A stretch of 64,000 nt of DNA from Octopus vulgaris (taxonomy: Eukaryota). The stretch is taken from assembly GCA_951406725.2 (NCBI GenBank), contig OX597837.1, positions 11,594,001 to 11,658,000 on the forward strand, written 5' to 3'. Made by a program: the position numbers and the translations under genes. Shown piece by piece: positions 13,850 to 27,355 of the stretch. Positions within the stretch are counted from its first letter, which is position 1; each line of letters opens with the position of its first letter. Below the pieces are notes generated by a model. The model saw only the letters and a list, made by a program, of their open reading frames with translations. It made no database searches and had not been told where the DNA came from.

Positions 13850-14040
13850 TCTCTCTCTCACTCTTTATATATATCTATCTGTCTGTCTATCTCCTTCTCT
13901 CCCTCTCTCTTTATATATATATCTGTCTGTCTATCTCCCTCTCTCCCTCTCTCTTTATATATATATCTGTCTGTCTATCTCCCTCTCTCCCTCTCGCATT
14001 ATATATCTGTCTGTCTGTCTATTTTCCCTCTCTCCCTCTC
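13850..14040. repeat. About 40-bp minisatellite (ctctctttatatatatctgtctgtctatctccct)
   Basis: 4-5 imperfect units. Confidence 0.75.
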
Positions 14041-14371
14041 TTTTCTGCCACGCTTAGCATACCTACCGCTGACACCTTCCACATTTCTACAGCAAGACAG
14101 AAAGTGTGGGAAAACAAACAAAGACGTGACGTTTGACTTGGCCTTTCATATCGAGAGAAGCTACCATTAATGATAATTCCAGTATTATCAGCTAGAACTC
14201 ATGTTCAAAGCCAAATACAGACAAAACATCAATGCTCTCTGTTGCTATTGTGGTTTGTGGTTTGCAGCAGTGTTGGTGGCGGTGATGATGATGACAATGA
14301 TGGGGTTAGTTTTTGGTCTGATAATGCGTTCGAATTCCGCCGAGGTCGACTTCGACTTTCATCCTTTCGGT

Positions 14372-14845
14372 TATGTGCAAACCCTTCTGAAGTTCCAGGT
14401 GTTATGCATACAAAATTTCTTGCACCTGTCATGGTTTTAGGAGTTGTCAGCAATGAAGGGCATAAGATGCCTCCTTATTTCTTTCCACAAGGCCATAGAG
14501 TTAACTCTGCCGCCTACATTGAGGCCCTGGAAATAATTGTTATTCCCTGGGTAGATAGTGAATGCGATAGAAGGTCATAGGTGTTTCAGTAAGACTCCGC
14601 ATTATCACACATGGCCCTAGTAACACAGGAATGGATGGCTGAAAAGTTTCAGGATCACATAACCCCTAACATTTGCCCTCCTACTTCCTCAGATCTCAAT
14701 TCATTGGACTATTACATGTGGAGCGATGTTGAGAGAGAGGTCAATGAACACGCCCATAACACCAAAGATTCTTTGAAAGTTGCCATAGTCAGAGTAATGT
14801 CCAAAATGAACCAGGACCACTTGATTCGAGCATGTAGATGATTTA
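14372..14845 (+). pseudogene. maT (DD37D) Tc1/mariner transposase C-terminal fragment
   Basis: VMVLGVVSNEG..FPQGHRVNSAAYIEAL..VFQ*DSALSH..PPTSSDLNSLDYY; 37 residues between the 2nd and 3rd catalytic Asp; in-frame stops. Confidence 0.85.
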
Positions 14846-14877
14846 AAAAATATATATGTACTGGGATCGAATGTGAT

Positions 14878-15130
14878 GGGGCATGGGTGATGGACGCATG
14901 ATCGTAAGATGGTGGTTTCGATTCCTAGACTAGGTGACGCGTTGTGTTCTTGAGCAAAACACTTCATTTCATGTTCCTCCAGCCCACTCAGCCGGTAAAC
15001 ATGAGTAATCCTGCGACGGGCCCTCGTCCTATCCTGACAGGAGTCTATATTCGCCAGGGAAACCAGGAAACCAGCTCTGTGCTCCTTACGAAGAAATGTG
15101 AACTAACCATTGGGGTGCATTTGTTCGTCC
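14878..15130 (+). mobile_element. SINE family F (CORE-like ttgagcaagacact..ccactcagc)
   Basis: Similar to copies at 30974 and 62474. Confidence 0.6.
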
Positions 15131-15376
15131 AAACATTTTAATCCGCTGCTCCAATGACTGAAACAAGTAAACTATAAGATGTATGTGTATAAATATATAT
15201 GGTCCTGGTAGGATGTAAAGTCAGGGTGTTTCCAGAGAAGGAGTCGACCCGAATACTGGGATATCAACACTGTCGGGTTCCAGGCCAAAGCCGGAATTCC
15301 TCAGGTGTAGAAAATCCAAGTTTCCCGACGATTCCGCCGTAAAGTGGGTTTGCCGAAGAGTAAATAATCTAAATTA

Positions 15377-16286
15377 TAAGAAGAAAAGAAAGAAAATTCT
15401 TTAACACACCTTTAATGACTCGTTACAATTGTTTTGGCACCGACTCTGTACGCGTAAATTTTTGTGTAAATTTTTGTGTAAATTTTTTGTATAAATTCTT
15501 GTGTAAATTTTTGCGTAAATTTTTTGTGTAAATTTTTTGTATAAATTTTTGTGTAAATTTTTGCGCAAATTTTTGTGTAAATTTTTGTGTAAATTTTTTG
15601 TATAAATTCTTGTGTAAATTTTTGCGTAAATTTTTTGTGTAAATTTTTTGTATAAATTTTTGGGTAAATTTTTGCGCATATTTTTGTGTAAATTTTTGTG
15701 TAAATTTTTTGTGTAAATTTTTTGTGTAAATTTTTTGTATAAATTTTTGAGTAAATTTTTGCGCAAATTTTTGTGTAAATTTTTGTGTAAATTTTTTGTG
15801 TAAATTTTTGTGTAAATTTTTGTGTAAATTTTTTGTGTAAATTTTTGTGTAAATTTTTGTGTAAATTTTTTGTGTAAATTTTTGTGTAAATTTTTGTGTA
15901 AATTTTTTGTGTAAATTTTGACGCAAATTTTTGTGTCAATTTTTGTGTAAATTTTCGTGTAAATTTTTGCGTAAATCTTTGTGTAAATTTTTGTGCAAAT
16001 CTTTGTGTAAATTTTATGTGTAAATTTTCGTGTAAATTTTTGTGTAAATTTTTGTGTAAATTTTTGTGTAAATTTTTGTGTAAATTTTATGTGTAAATTT
16101 TCGTGTAAATTTTTGTGTAAATTTTTGTGTAAATTTTTGTGTAAATTTTTGTGTAAATTTTTTGTTGAAATTTTTGTCAAATTTTTATGTAAATTTTTGT
16201 GTAGATTTTTGTGTAAATTTTTGCGTAAATTTTTGCGTGAACTGGCGTCATTAAGGATATGTTAAAGTATTTTCTTTGTCTTCTTA
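15377..16286. mobile_element. TIR-flanked element with internal 12-13-bp minisatellite (aaatttttgtgt)n
   Basis: Left aaagaaaattctttaacacacctttaatgac (about 15389-15419) is the near reverse complement of right gtcattaaggatatgttaaagtattttcttt (16247-16277); array spans about 15454-16238. Confidence 0.7.
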
Positions 16287-16847
16287 GCATTTATATTAAA
16301 ATATATATAGTGGCGAGAATATATTATTTTGGTCGATCCTGTCTCTTGCTACTTCGAGTTCCAACCGAGGGTCACATGGTTTTCATTGACTAACTGGTTG
16401 ATGTTGTTTCAAATGTCAATGAAGAAATCTTGTTTGCTGAGATGTGCACCAGTTCTTTGTCGAGTGGAGAATATTAAAGGGGAAATATTAAACCAGAAGA
16501 ATATCGATGCATATTTCGTGAATTTGGTGTGAGTATATGCACATGTATGCGTATGTGTGTGTGTTTTTGTGAGTATGTGTGTGTGTGCTTTTGTGTGTAT
16601 GTGCATACTTATGCATGTGAGCTTCGGTGTGTCTTTATAATTTCTTTTAATAGTAAGGCCATCAGGATCAGGATAGTGACATTTTGCAGATAACCTTTAA
16701 ACAAAAATGCAAAACAGCCACAGTGAACCGGCATCAAACGAAATAAACTGGAAGAATAAGAAGGAATGAAAGAAAGGAATTTAAGATTCCATTCCGGTTA
16801 TTGAATTATAATGGCTAATTCATTGACAAAACTGTCATTGTTATTGC

Positions 16848-17945
<1,098 letters not shown>

Positions 17946-18086
17946 ATTGAAGTATTTCGTTTATGTAGAATGCATTGACTAAAATGCAATAATAAGAGCT
18001 AAATAATACCTTCATAGAACTTGTTGCTCTCTATTATATTATGTTGTATTATATTGTATTATATTATATCATTTTATGTTATGTAA

Positions 18087-18250
18087 TGGGGCGTGGCCAA
18101 GTGTTTAGAGTGTGGCACTCGAGTTCGTGGTTTCGATCCCCATACTAGTGGTGCCTTGTTTTTCTTGAGAAAACTCTCCATTTCGAATTGCTCCAGTCCA
18201 CTCAGCTGTCAATGCGTTATCCTGCCATGGGCTGGTATTCCATTGCCACA
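18087..18250 (+). mobile_element. SINE family F-like fragment
   Basis: ggggcgtggccaagtg..ggtttcgatccc..ttcttgagaaaact..ccagtccactcagctg. Confidence 0.55.
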
Positions 18251-19324
18251 TGAGTCGACGACACGGCAAAATATCGAAATAAGAACTCTGCTCAGCAGTG
18301 TCCTGCTGAACGCTAATTCGTCGAAGCAATGAGAGATTCCAAGAACATTCTTCGGAATAAGAGAGAATGCCTCGCTTCCCAGTGCGCACGAATACGTAAC
18401 CGTTTTAAGATGTCATTCCTGGGATATACTCTTAAATACAGGAATGATGGTCACGGCTGTAAGGCAAAACGGTTTTCAGTGTGTACAAATATGCTGTAAC
18501 CTTTTTCCTATTCGTAACTTTTCTAACTTATTATTTCTTCGATGTATTATTCTGATAGGAGAGACTGCCTTGCTCGGGAAACGAAACGGCTTCTCCTACT
18601 CCGAAATTATCTCAGACTCTTCCCTTTCGTGTGATTCTAGTTGTGTCCAGATTTTTTCCCTTTCTGTTCCACTTGTTATTTTTGACAAAACTGGTCATTT
18701 CTAAAACTAGTTTTGTTTACATTTCCCCTGATGCGTGCGTTTCAATGCCGTCGCCGTTTCTACTTACAAAAGTTGCATACATCTTGCGATATCTCGATAT
18801 TGATAGTGTCCTTAAGAGAATTGATTTTTCATTTCATTTCGCATGAATTGTGCGTGTTTGTGCATTTAACTCTGTGGATGTTTCTTGTAATTTTGTTTGT
18901 AAAAAGTGTTATGTTTAATGTTATTTTTACTGGATGGCGATAGAGCGTGTTTCTATACCTTGTATTTGTCACAAACGCCATTTTTGTTACGTGTATGTCG
19001 AAAAAATACAAATACGTGTATATACAAAAGAAGCAAACGATCTTAAAGCAATAATCGGTACGGAAAATAAGCCTCAGGCTTTACCAACTAAAACTCCTTG
19101 TAGAATAAGCTGAAAAGGGACAACTTTCATTCATTCGTTATTGTTTGCGTTCGATAAGAATGTAGTAACATTCCAAGTTTTTTGGGTCGTGTACAAAGAA
19201 TTCTTGCTAAAAGCAAGATACAAGGATAACAACAAAATAACAAAAATCAACTACACTGGTGATGATGATGATGATGATGATGACGATGATGATGACGACG
19301 ACGACGACGACGACGATAGGAAGG

Positions 19325-19390
<66 letters not shown>

Positions 19391-19394
19391 CTTT

Positions 19395-19588
19395 CAAATC
19401 TTGACACATGACCAGAAATATTTTGTAGTGGACAAGTCGATTACCTTTGCCTCAGCGCTCAACTCGTACTCAGTAAGGATGAAAGATAAAGAATTCCTCG
19501 ATGGAATTTGAACTCAGAACGTAGCGACGGGCGAAATACCGCTGAGCATTTTGTCCAACGTCCTAACGATTCTGTCATCTCGCCTCCT
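19395..19588 (-). mobile_element. SINE family B, diverged
   Basis: ggaatttgaactcagaacgtagcgacgggcgaaatacc. Confidence 0.75.
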
Positions 19589-19596
19589 GAATGATG

Positions 19597-19668
<72 letters not shown>

Positions 19669-19671
<3 letters not shown>

Positions 19672-20111
19672 CTAAGCAAATATAAAGATCTTGAAATAGA
19701 AATCAGCAAAATGTGGAAACTGAAGACTAAAACAATACCTGTTGTCATAGGTGCCCTGGGAATGATAGCGAAAGGGGCTGATTGCTACCTAACTCAGATA
19801 CCAGGAAACCCCAAAATGGCAGAAATTCAAAAGATAGTGCTCATGGGAACTGTTCATATCCTACACAAAATACCCTCTATGTAATCCCAATGTTTAAAAC
19901 AAACTTTTTTTTTCTTTTTTTATTTATTTATCTATTTATTTTATTTATTTTTTTTTAAATTTTATTTTTATGTATTAGACATTCACTAGTACAACACCAA
20001 AAAAAAAAAAACCCAAATATATGTCACAGAACTTCCAACCTGTTGTCTCTTGAGGTCTCTGGGTGAGACTTGGAGCCAACTTGTACAGACATAAAGCAAA
20101 AGTCAAACATA

Positions 20112-20112
<1 letters not shown>
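19669..20112 (+). mobile_element. 5'-truncated R4/Dong-like retrotransposon (RLE C-terminus plus 3'UTR) in (TAA)n
   Basis: KLSKYKDLEIEISKMWKLKTKTIPVVIGALGMI..IQKIVLMGTVHILHKIPSM* (stop at 19884); (TAA)n on both sides. Confidence 0.88.
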
Positions 20113-20153
<41 letters not shown>

Positions 20154-20155
<2 letters not shown>

Positions 20156-20746
20156 GCCCTGATGCAGTACCAGGTAGTGGCTCTCATGGATGCCCTGATG
20201 CAGTACTAGGCAGTGGCTCTCATGGCTTCTGATCTTAACTGATTGGAAGTGTTATCATGTACATTGTTTTGTCTTGGTATAAAAGATGGGCTACGGCAAA
20301 TATTCTGCTCAGTACCACAGATTTGCTTGTCAGTTGTTTGACCTTAACCAGTTGAGCATGTCCCTTAGTGGCTGACGATATGTGCATCTCTGATCACGAG
20401 CAGAAGTAGTGGGGGAGCATCATAGCCATGTGTTGAGAGGGATTCTTTGGGGGTTTGAATAATTCACCTCTGGAAACATGGGTGGTTCTTTCAACATCCT
20501 TAAACAACTCTTATTCAGGGACCTTTTGAGCGGGATGGGCTACTCAACCTGAAGAAAATTCTAACTGGGCCCCACCTGCAAGGTCATGTGCTGTTTATCT
20601 TGATATGAGATCACCATGTCGCGCACATATGGTTGTGATGCATGTGCCTGGTGTACGCTTATCAGACGGGTAGTCATGATGGGTATATTGGGCTTCGTAT
20701 ATTTTACCCCAGTGTCACTTTGATGGCATGAACTGCTCTCTCACTC
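20154..20746 (+). mobile_element. Family C retroposon, longest copy (593 bp, 36-bp 5' duplication)
   Basis: (TAA)n on both sides; copies at 4307 and 11639 share the same 3' end. Confidence 0.85.
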
Positions 20747-20802
<56 letters not shown>

Positions 20803-20805
<3 letters not shown>

Positions 20806-21257
20806 CGTACTTTTGCCATTTCAATATGGCTAACCCCTAAGGGTGGATGCTACTGTAGTTTTTAGCCCCAGGAGGACACACTCCTCCAGCTGGCCATAGA
20901 CACACTTTCTGTGTCCTGTCAGTATTTGCAAAGGGAAGTCATCCTTCCCGTCTTCAACTTATGATACACACGGACTCGAGTTTCGAGGTATTGACCTCTC
21001 GTCAGCGTGTGACAATCATAGTTGTCGGCGAGAATTAGATTCCTTCACAAATACTTATACTTTTTCCAGCGTCCACTGTCGCTGAAATTGAAAAAGTGAA
21101 ATCAAACAATGATAAATATCAAAGTGAGTTATATACAGTAGCGGTAACACATCGTGACGTATTTTTGCCATTTCAATATGGCTAACCCCTAAGGGTGGAT
21201 GCTACTGTAGTTTTTAGCCCCAGGAGGACACACTCCTCCAGCTGGCCATAGACACAC
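20803..21257 (-). mobile_element. Candidate non-LTR retrozyme: 1.3 tandem copies of a 352-bp hammerhead-containing unit
   Basis: 20803-20905 is repeated at 21155-21257; hammerhead inside; (TAA)n flanks; second copy at 56051. Confidence 0.78.
20955..21024 (-). ncRNA. Type I hammerhead ribozyme, canonical core
   Basis: caacuaugau-UGU-cacacg CUGACGA GAGG-UCAAUA-CCUC GAAAC-UCGA-GUC cgugug-U-aucauaaguug; predicted cleavage between 20973 and 20972. Confidence 0.9.
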
Positions 21258-21294
21258 AATAATAATAATAATAATAATAATAGAAATAAACATT

Positions 21295-21502
21295 TCTATT
21301 AAAGCACAAGGCCTGAAATTTTGAGGGAGGGGGCTAGTCGATTAGATCGACCCCAGTGTTTCACTGGTACTCAATTTATCGACCCCGAAAGGTTGAAAGG
21401 CAAAGTTGACCTCGGCTGAATTTGAACTCACAACGTAGCGACGGGCGAAATACCGCTTATCATTTCGTCCAGCATGTTAACGATTCTGCCAGCTCGCCGC
21501 CC
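21295..21502 (-). mobile_element. SINE family B
   Basis: Reverse-complement copy. Confidence 0.85.
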
Positions 21503-21544
21503 CAATAATAATAATAACAACAACAACAATACATGTATATATAT

Positions 21545-21546
21545 AC

Positions 21547-21590
<44 letters not shown>

Positions 21591-21867
21591 ATGTATGTAT
21601 GTATGTACGTACGTACGTACGTATGTATGTATGTATGTATGTACGTATGTATGTATGTATGTATGTATGTATGTATGTATGTATGTACGTATGCATGCAT
21701 GTATGTACGTACGTATGTATGTATGTATGTATGTATGTATGTATGTATGTATGTATGTACGTACGTATGTATGTATGTATGTATGTATGTATGTATGTAC
21801 GTACGTATGTATGTATGTATGTATGTATGTATGTATGTATGTATGTATGTATGTATGTATGCATGTA

Positions 21868-21902
<35 letters not shown>

Positions 21903-21940
21903 ATATGTATTGTGTTGTATGTGTGCGTGTGTGTGTGTGT
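21545..21940. repeat. (TG)n/(TATG)n microsatellite
   Basis: Direct reading. Confidence 0.95.
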
Positions 21941-22064
21941 GGCGACGAATTCGCAGAATGGTTTGAGTGCTGGATAGAACGTGCTACGGTATTTATTCCG
22001 GTTATCTGAGTTAAAAATCCTTCCATGTCAGCTTTATCTTTCATCTCTCCGGGGTCGCTAAATA

Positions 22065-22097
<33 letters not shown>

Positions 22098-23525
22098 GCT
22101 TTCCTCTCTTTCTACCTCTCTTTCTTAGTATCGTCCATCGTCTAATGTGTATAATCGAACAGTGTTTGCTAACATGGTTAATAATCTCTCAAACCATTAA
22201 TGCAAAAAAATACCAAAACTGTATATTTGACTTCAAATATTTTTTTAAATATTATACATTTATTGGTGCTTTTTGTTTGCATGCTTGTTTTTCGTTTTCG
22301 ATTTGATATTATTTACTTAATTGATTTTACTGATTTGGTAGACGGTGTCTTCGATCTTTCATCGATTTCTATGAATGTGATTTCCCTTGGTTGATTAATT
22401 CTCCATTTGGCTGAGGCTGCAATTCGTGTTTCCACTCATATAGATTGATAGGAAGAAAATAAGCTGAGAAAATTGTTTTTAAATAAATGATTCGCTTGTT
22501 TATTCAATGACTAAGATGGTACAAAATTATTGAAAAACTGTTATAGTGTCACTGATGCTACTGCTGATGATGATGCTGCTGCTGTCGTTGTTGTAGTTGT
22601 AGTTGTTGTTGTTGTTCGGCTTCAGGTCCACCATTATCTAGTTTGACCTATGTTCAAAGACGTCACAAGCACTGACCGTTCTGTCCATCATTTCTCATTA
22701 TGAAGCACTCGATTCAAATAGTAAGCAATTATTTAAGGAGACGTTTGTTGCTCAATAAATTAAGTCATGACTTTATCAGGAAAAGGTCTGTTTTGTAAAT
22801 AACAGCGAAACAAACTAAGAAATATAGGGCTAACAGAAAATCCTTTAAAAAAAATATTCTAGCAACATATGTAAGCAATCAGAAACACTGAAAGAGGTCT
22901 CACCACAAATATATCTGTGTCTTACAGGACGATAATATTAGCAATTATAAAATCGAGTGTTTTATTAAAGTAAACGTGTGTACACTCAAATTAATTGGTC
23001 TAGAAAATATGAGGTTTGTTTTTGGGAGAAGTATAATACTGTATTACTATCATTTGCTATTTTTCACAAAAGTTCGGAACTGGGAACGTTCTTCTGACAC
23101 TGCCATCTATATTTCTTGAGGAATTCTCAAGTAACAGCTCGTAACAATATTTTATTTCCCACATGTTGTATTGTCGATAACCTCAGAAATGTTCCTGTCG
23201 AAGGACAAAACCATTCAGTTATTTGTCATTGCTATAACAGCAGCGCCATAGTTGCCGTCCTTCTCTTTGCATATTTTGTACATGTGATACTGAAACCACG
23301 AAAATGCAATTTCTTTTCTTTTTACATATATATACATATATATATAAACGAACACACACACACACACACACAAGCACAACCTTACACAGATATACTCACA
23401 AATCTCTGCAACTCTCTTCACGCAGACAAGAAGAGAGCCTAACCACTAAGTAAATAATTGGTTTAAATTCTACAAAACAAAATTAATTAAATCTGAAAGA
23501 GAAACATCAATACTTACATACGCGC

Positions 23526-23630
<105 letters not shown>

Positions 23631-23662
23631 TGTGCGTGTGCGTATATACAGTATATATATAT

Positions 23663-24620
23663 ATAATAAAATATTAGGGAATAAATCCAAACTTACAGGG
23701 AAAAATCAGATTTAGGATTGAATCAAATTTTATAGTAAAATATTATATTATATTAAATTAGAGATAAAACCACTATTAGGCAAATCAAACAATGAAAAAC
23801 TTAAGCCAATACATAAAATTAATTAATTTATATTATTTTAAATATATATCAAAAGTATTAAAAGTTTAATAAAAGATAAGGAGTAAAACACTACGATCGT
23901 TTCATGGCTGTCCAATTCGTAATAATTCGAGTTATGGTTACAGTCAATCTTCAGGTAATTGAAATATCTAAAATATAATCAGAAATATTTAAACAATATT
24001 TTTAAGATATAAATAATATAATAATTTTACTTATAATAAACTCTATTATCAAACTAGAAACATAGAACTTAACAATTATGATTATATAAAAATCGACTAT
24101 AATGTTAAATATTAATTTTAATTTATAAGGTAGGAAACCCACCCATAATCTAATATCGGTATTAGTCTATATCTAATTACATAAATATTTAAAAATGACT
24201 AATATATATAAATTATCAATGAAAAAATATAAATGTATATAGATATTATAATTAAGATCTAAAATAATCTCTATAAATAAATGTATATGCACATATAATA
24301 AAAACCTAATTAATTTATATGTAAAGATGAAATAGCTAATTTCAAAATACAAATAAACAAACTTAAACGAACTTTCAGAAATCTTATGTAAAATACTTTT
24401 AGAAATAATCAATTCGTAGTAATATAATATCGAATAAATACTATAAATACTATAAATATAATTATCAATGGGAAAAACTAGCGAATATCAATTTAAAGAA
24501 ATAACTAAGTTATGCTATTAAATTTGACATATATATATATACAATATATTAGAATTAAAAATACAAAATCGTTACAGTATGAAATACTGTATTCAATATT
24601 TGAAAAATATACTTAATAAA
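23663..24620 (-). mobile_element. AT-rich Penelope-like end region adjoining (TA)n
   Basis: Contains the hammerhead-like motif at 23889-23958; far boundary uncertain. Confidence 0.45.
23889..23958 (-). ncRNA. Penelope-type hammerhead-like motif
   Basis: uuac CUGAAGA [long stem II ugacugu..acagcca] GAAAC-GAUC-GUA gug; palindromic stem III. Confidence 0.6.
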
Positions 24621-24809
24621 CACACACACACACACACATATATGTGTATGTATGTATGTACATGCTATATATAAACAATGATTTATTAACATCTAATTAT
24701 TAAAGTGGAGAATATTATCAGAAAAGTAATTCCTATTAATTTTTTTCAGATACATGCATGTGTGTGTGCGTGCGTGCGTGCGTGTGTGTGTGTGTGCGTG
24801 CGTGCGTGC

Positions 24810-24840
<31 letters not shown>

Positions 24841-25231
24841 TGTGTTTGTGCGTGCGTGTGTTGTATGTATGTGTGTTTATATATGCTTACATGATATGAA
24901 GATGATGGTAGTCTCTCGCAGTGTGAGAAAGACAGTTATGCAATTTCTTGCCCAACGACCTGCACAAATGATTTGTTTATAGTGATCAAATGTCTGCGCC
25001 GCCCATTAGCACACTCCCTGCATCGAATCGACCTGATCAGGTACCCGGTTTGCTACGCGTCGGGTGGCGAAATGATCGCAACGTGAGATGAAGTGTTTTG
25101 CTCAAGAACACAACACACCGCCCGGTCCAGAAACTGAACCTTCGATCTCATGATCGTCAGTGCAACATCCTAACCATTTGGTCATGCACCTTCACCGTGC
25201 TCACTTACCTACAGATATCTAGACATAATTA

Positions 25232-26514
25232 TCAGGTTCTGTAAAAGGTAAGAAACGTTTTGAACCATGAAGAATTTGTACCAGATTTTTGCAGAGTTTT
25301 GAATTTTTTTTAAATATTTTTTTTTTGCAAATGTCTGATAATACAGACATAGACTTGCCCAAATGCATTAATAAGTTAACATTGATGTTTTTTCGCCGTT
25401 GTTACAATTATCTGAAATGGAAGTGTCAAAGCGCGATATTCGAGCAATTTTGCTATTCAACTTCAAACAAGGACGTAAAGCAGTTGAAACTGCGCGCGAT
25501 AACAATGAAATGTTTGGTGAGGAAATGATCAGTGAGTGGTCAGCTCGAAAATGGCAGTAGAGACCTGAGCCTTGAAGAACGTGAGCGTAATGGACACCCA
25601 TCTGTCATCGATGACGGTCAATTAATGACCGTCATTGAGAAATATCCACGTAAAACCACTCGAGAACTGGCAAAAGAACTTCATGTTAGCCAGAAAACTG
25701 CCTGCAACCACTTGCATGCGATCGGAAAATCAAAAAGGCTCGACAATTGTGTGCCATACTATTTGAATAAAAAATCAGAAAATGCGCAGATACGAAATTT
25801 GTTCATCGCTTCTTCTCCATAACCAGACCGATCCATTTCTCGACCGTATTGTAACTTGCGATGAAAAGTGGATCCTGTACAATAATAGAAAACGTTCTTC
25901 GCAGTGGTTGGACCAAAATAAAGCACCGAAAACCTTCCCAAAACCCGAGTTCTTCAAAAACAAGGTTATGGTGACTGTTTGGTAGTGAACTGCTACACTC
26001 ATCCACTATAATTTCATAAAACCCGGAAAAACTATTACTGAAGAAATATATTGCCATGAAATATATTGCCAAAATGACCGAAAAACTGCATCTCCTCCGT
26101 CCCAGACTGGTCAACAGAAGAGGATCAGTCATTCTTCATGACAACGTTCGACCACAAGTTTCATTAATGACACTCCAAAAATTGAGGGAACTTGGCTACG
26201 AAGTTCTTCCTCACCCAGCATATTCCCCAAACCTTTCTCCTACCTACTACCACTTTTTCATGCACCTTGATGGTTTCCTGCGACAGAAGGAGTTCAAAAA
26301 TCAACCCATTGCTGAAAGTGTGTTCAAAGAGTTCATCAGCTCCAGAACTCCAGATTTTTATGTTACCGCAATAAACAAACTTGTAACTCGCTGGCAAAAA
26401 TGTGTTGATTGTAATGGTACTTACTTCGATGAATAAAATTTCCACATTTTAAAATTTCATGTGATGAATTTCATGTTTCAAAACGTTGCTTAGTTTTTTT
26501 TCCCCCCAGCATGA
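25232..26514 (+). mobile_element. Full-length defective mariner (DD34D, Hsmar1/cecropia-like)
   Basis: About 1.28 kb; degenerate 30-bp TIRs with flanking TA (25230-31, 26515-16). Confidence 0.9.
25417..26436 (+). pseudogene. Mariner transposase pseudogene
   Basis: MEVSKRDIRAILLFNFKQG.. / RIVTCDEKWILYNN / LHDNVRP / HPAYSPNLSPTYYHFF..GTYFDE*; frameshifts and stops; third catalytic D reads Y. Confidence 0.92.
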
Positions 26515-26803
26515 TATATGTGTTCAGTTAGACAATGCAAATATACTCAAAATGATTAATAAATTTTATTTCACGCCATTAGTAACACTTTCGATAAATT
26601 AAGCGATATCGAATGATAAATGCGCGTAATTGTGTGTGTGTGTGTCTGTGTGTGTTCATGTCTGGGAGCAAAATATACTTAGTATTCACCCACATACACA
26701 CATGCACGAGAACACAAACACACACACACACACACGCATATACGGTTTCTAAGCGAATGATTTGTAAGCATCTAATTATCTATGTATGTAAATATATATA
26801 TTA

Positions 26804-26901
<98 letters not shown>

Positions 26902-27076
26902 GTATAATATATATATATATATTTATATATGTGTGTGTATGCATATATTTATGTATGTATGTGTATATGTATGTATGCAATTTATTGTTACTAGTTTTAA
27001 TCATGGTTGAAATTGGGTGTGTGCGAGTGAATGTTTTTTAAGTACGCCTCTGGTAATTCTAACTACGTGTGTGTGC

Positions 27077-27169
<93 letters not shown>

Positions 27170-27209
27170 TATGTAAACATATATATATGCGTGTATATAC
27201 ACATACACA

Positions 27210-27257
<48 letters not shown>

Positions 27258-27311
27258 AATATGTTCATATATATATATCTGTGTATATATATATATATAT
27301 ATATTCTTCTT

Positions 27312-27355
<44 letters not shown>

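Noticed and set aside
15401-16180. KNLH/KFTQ repeat ORFs
   Set aside because: Minisatellite translation.
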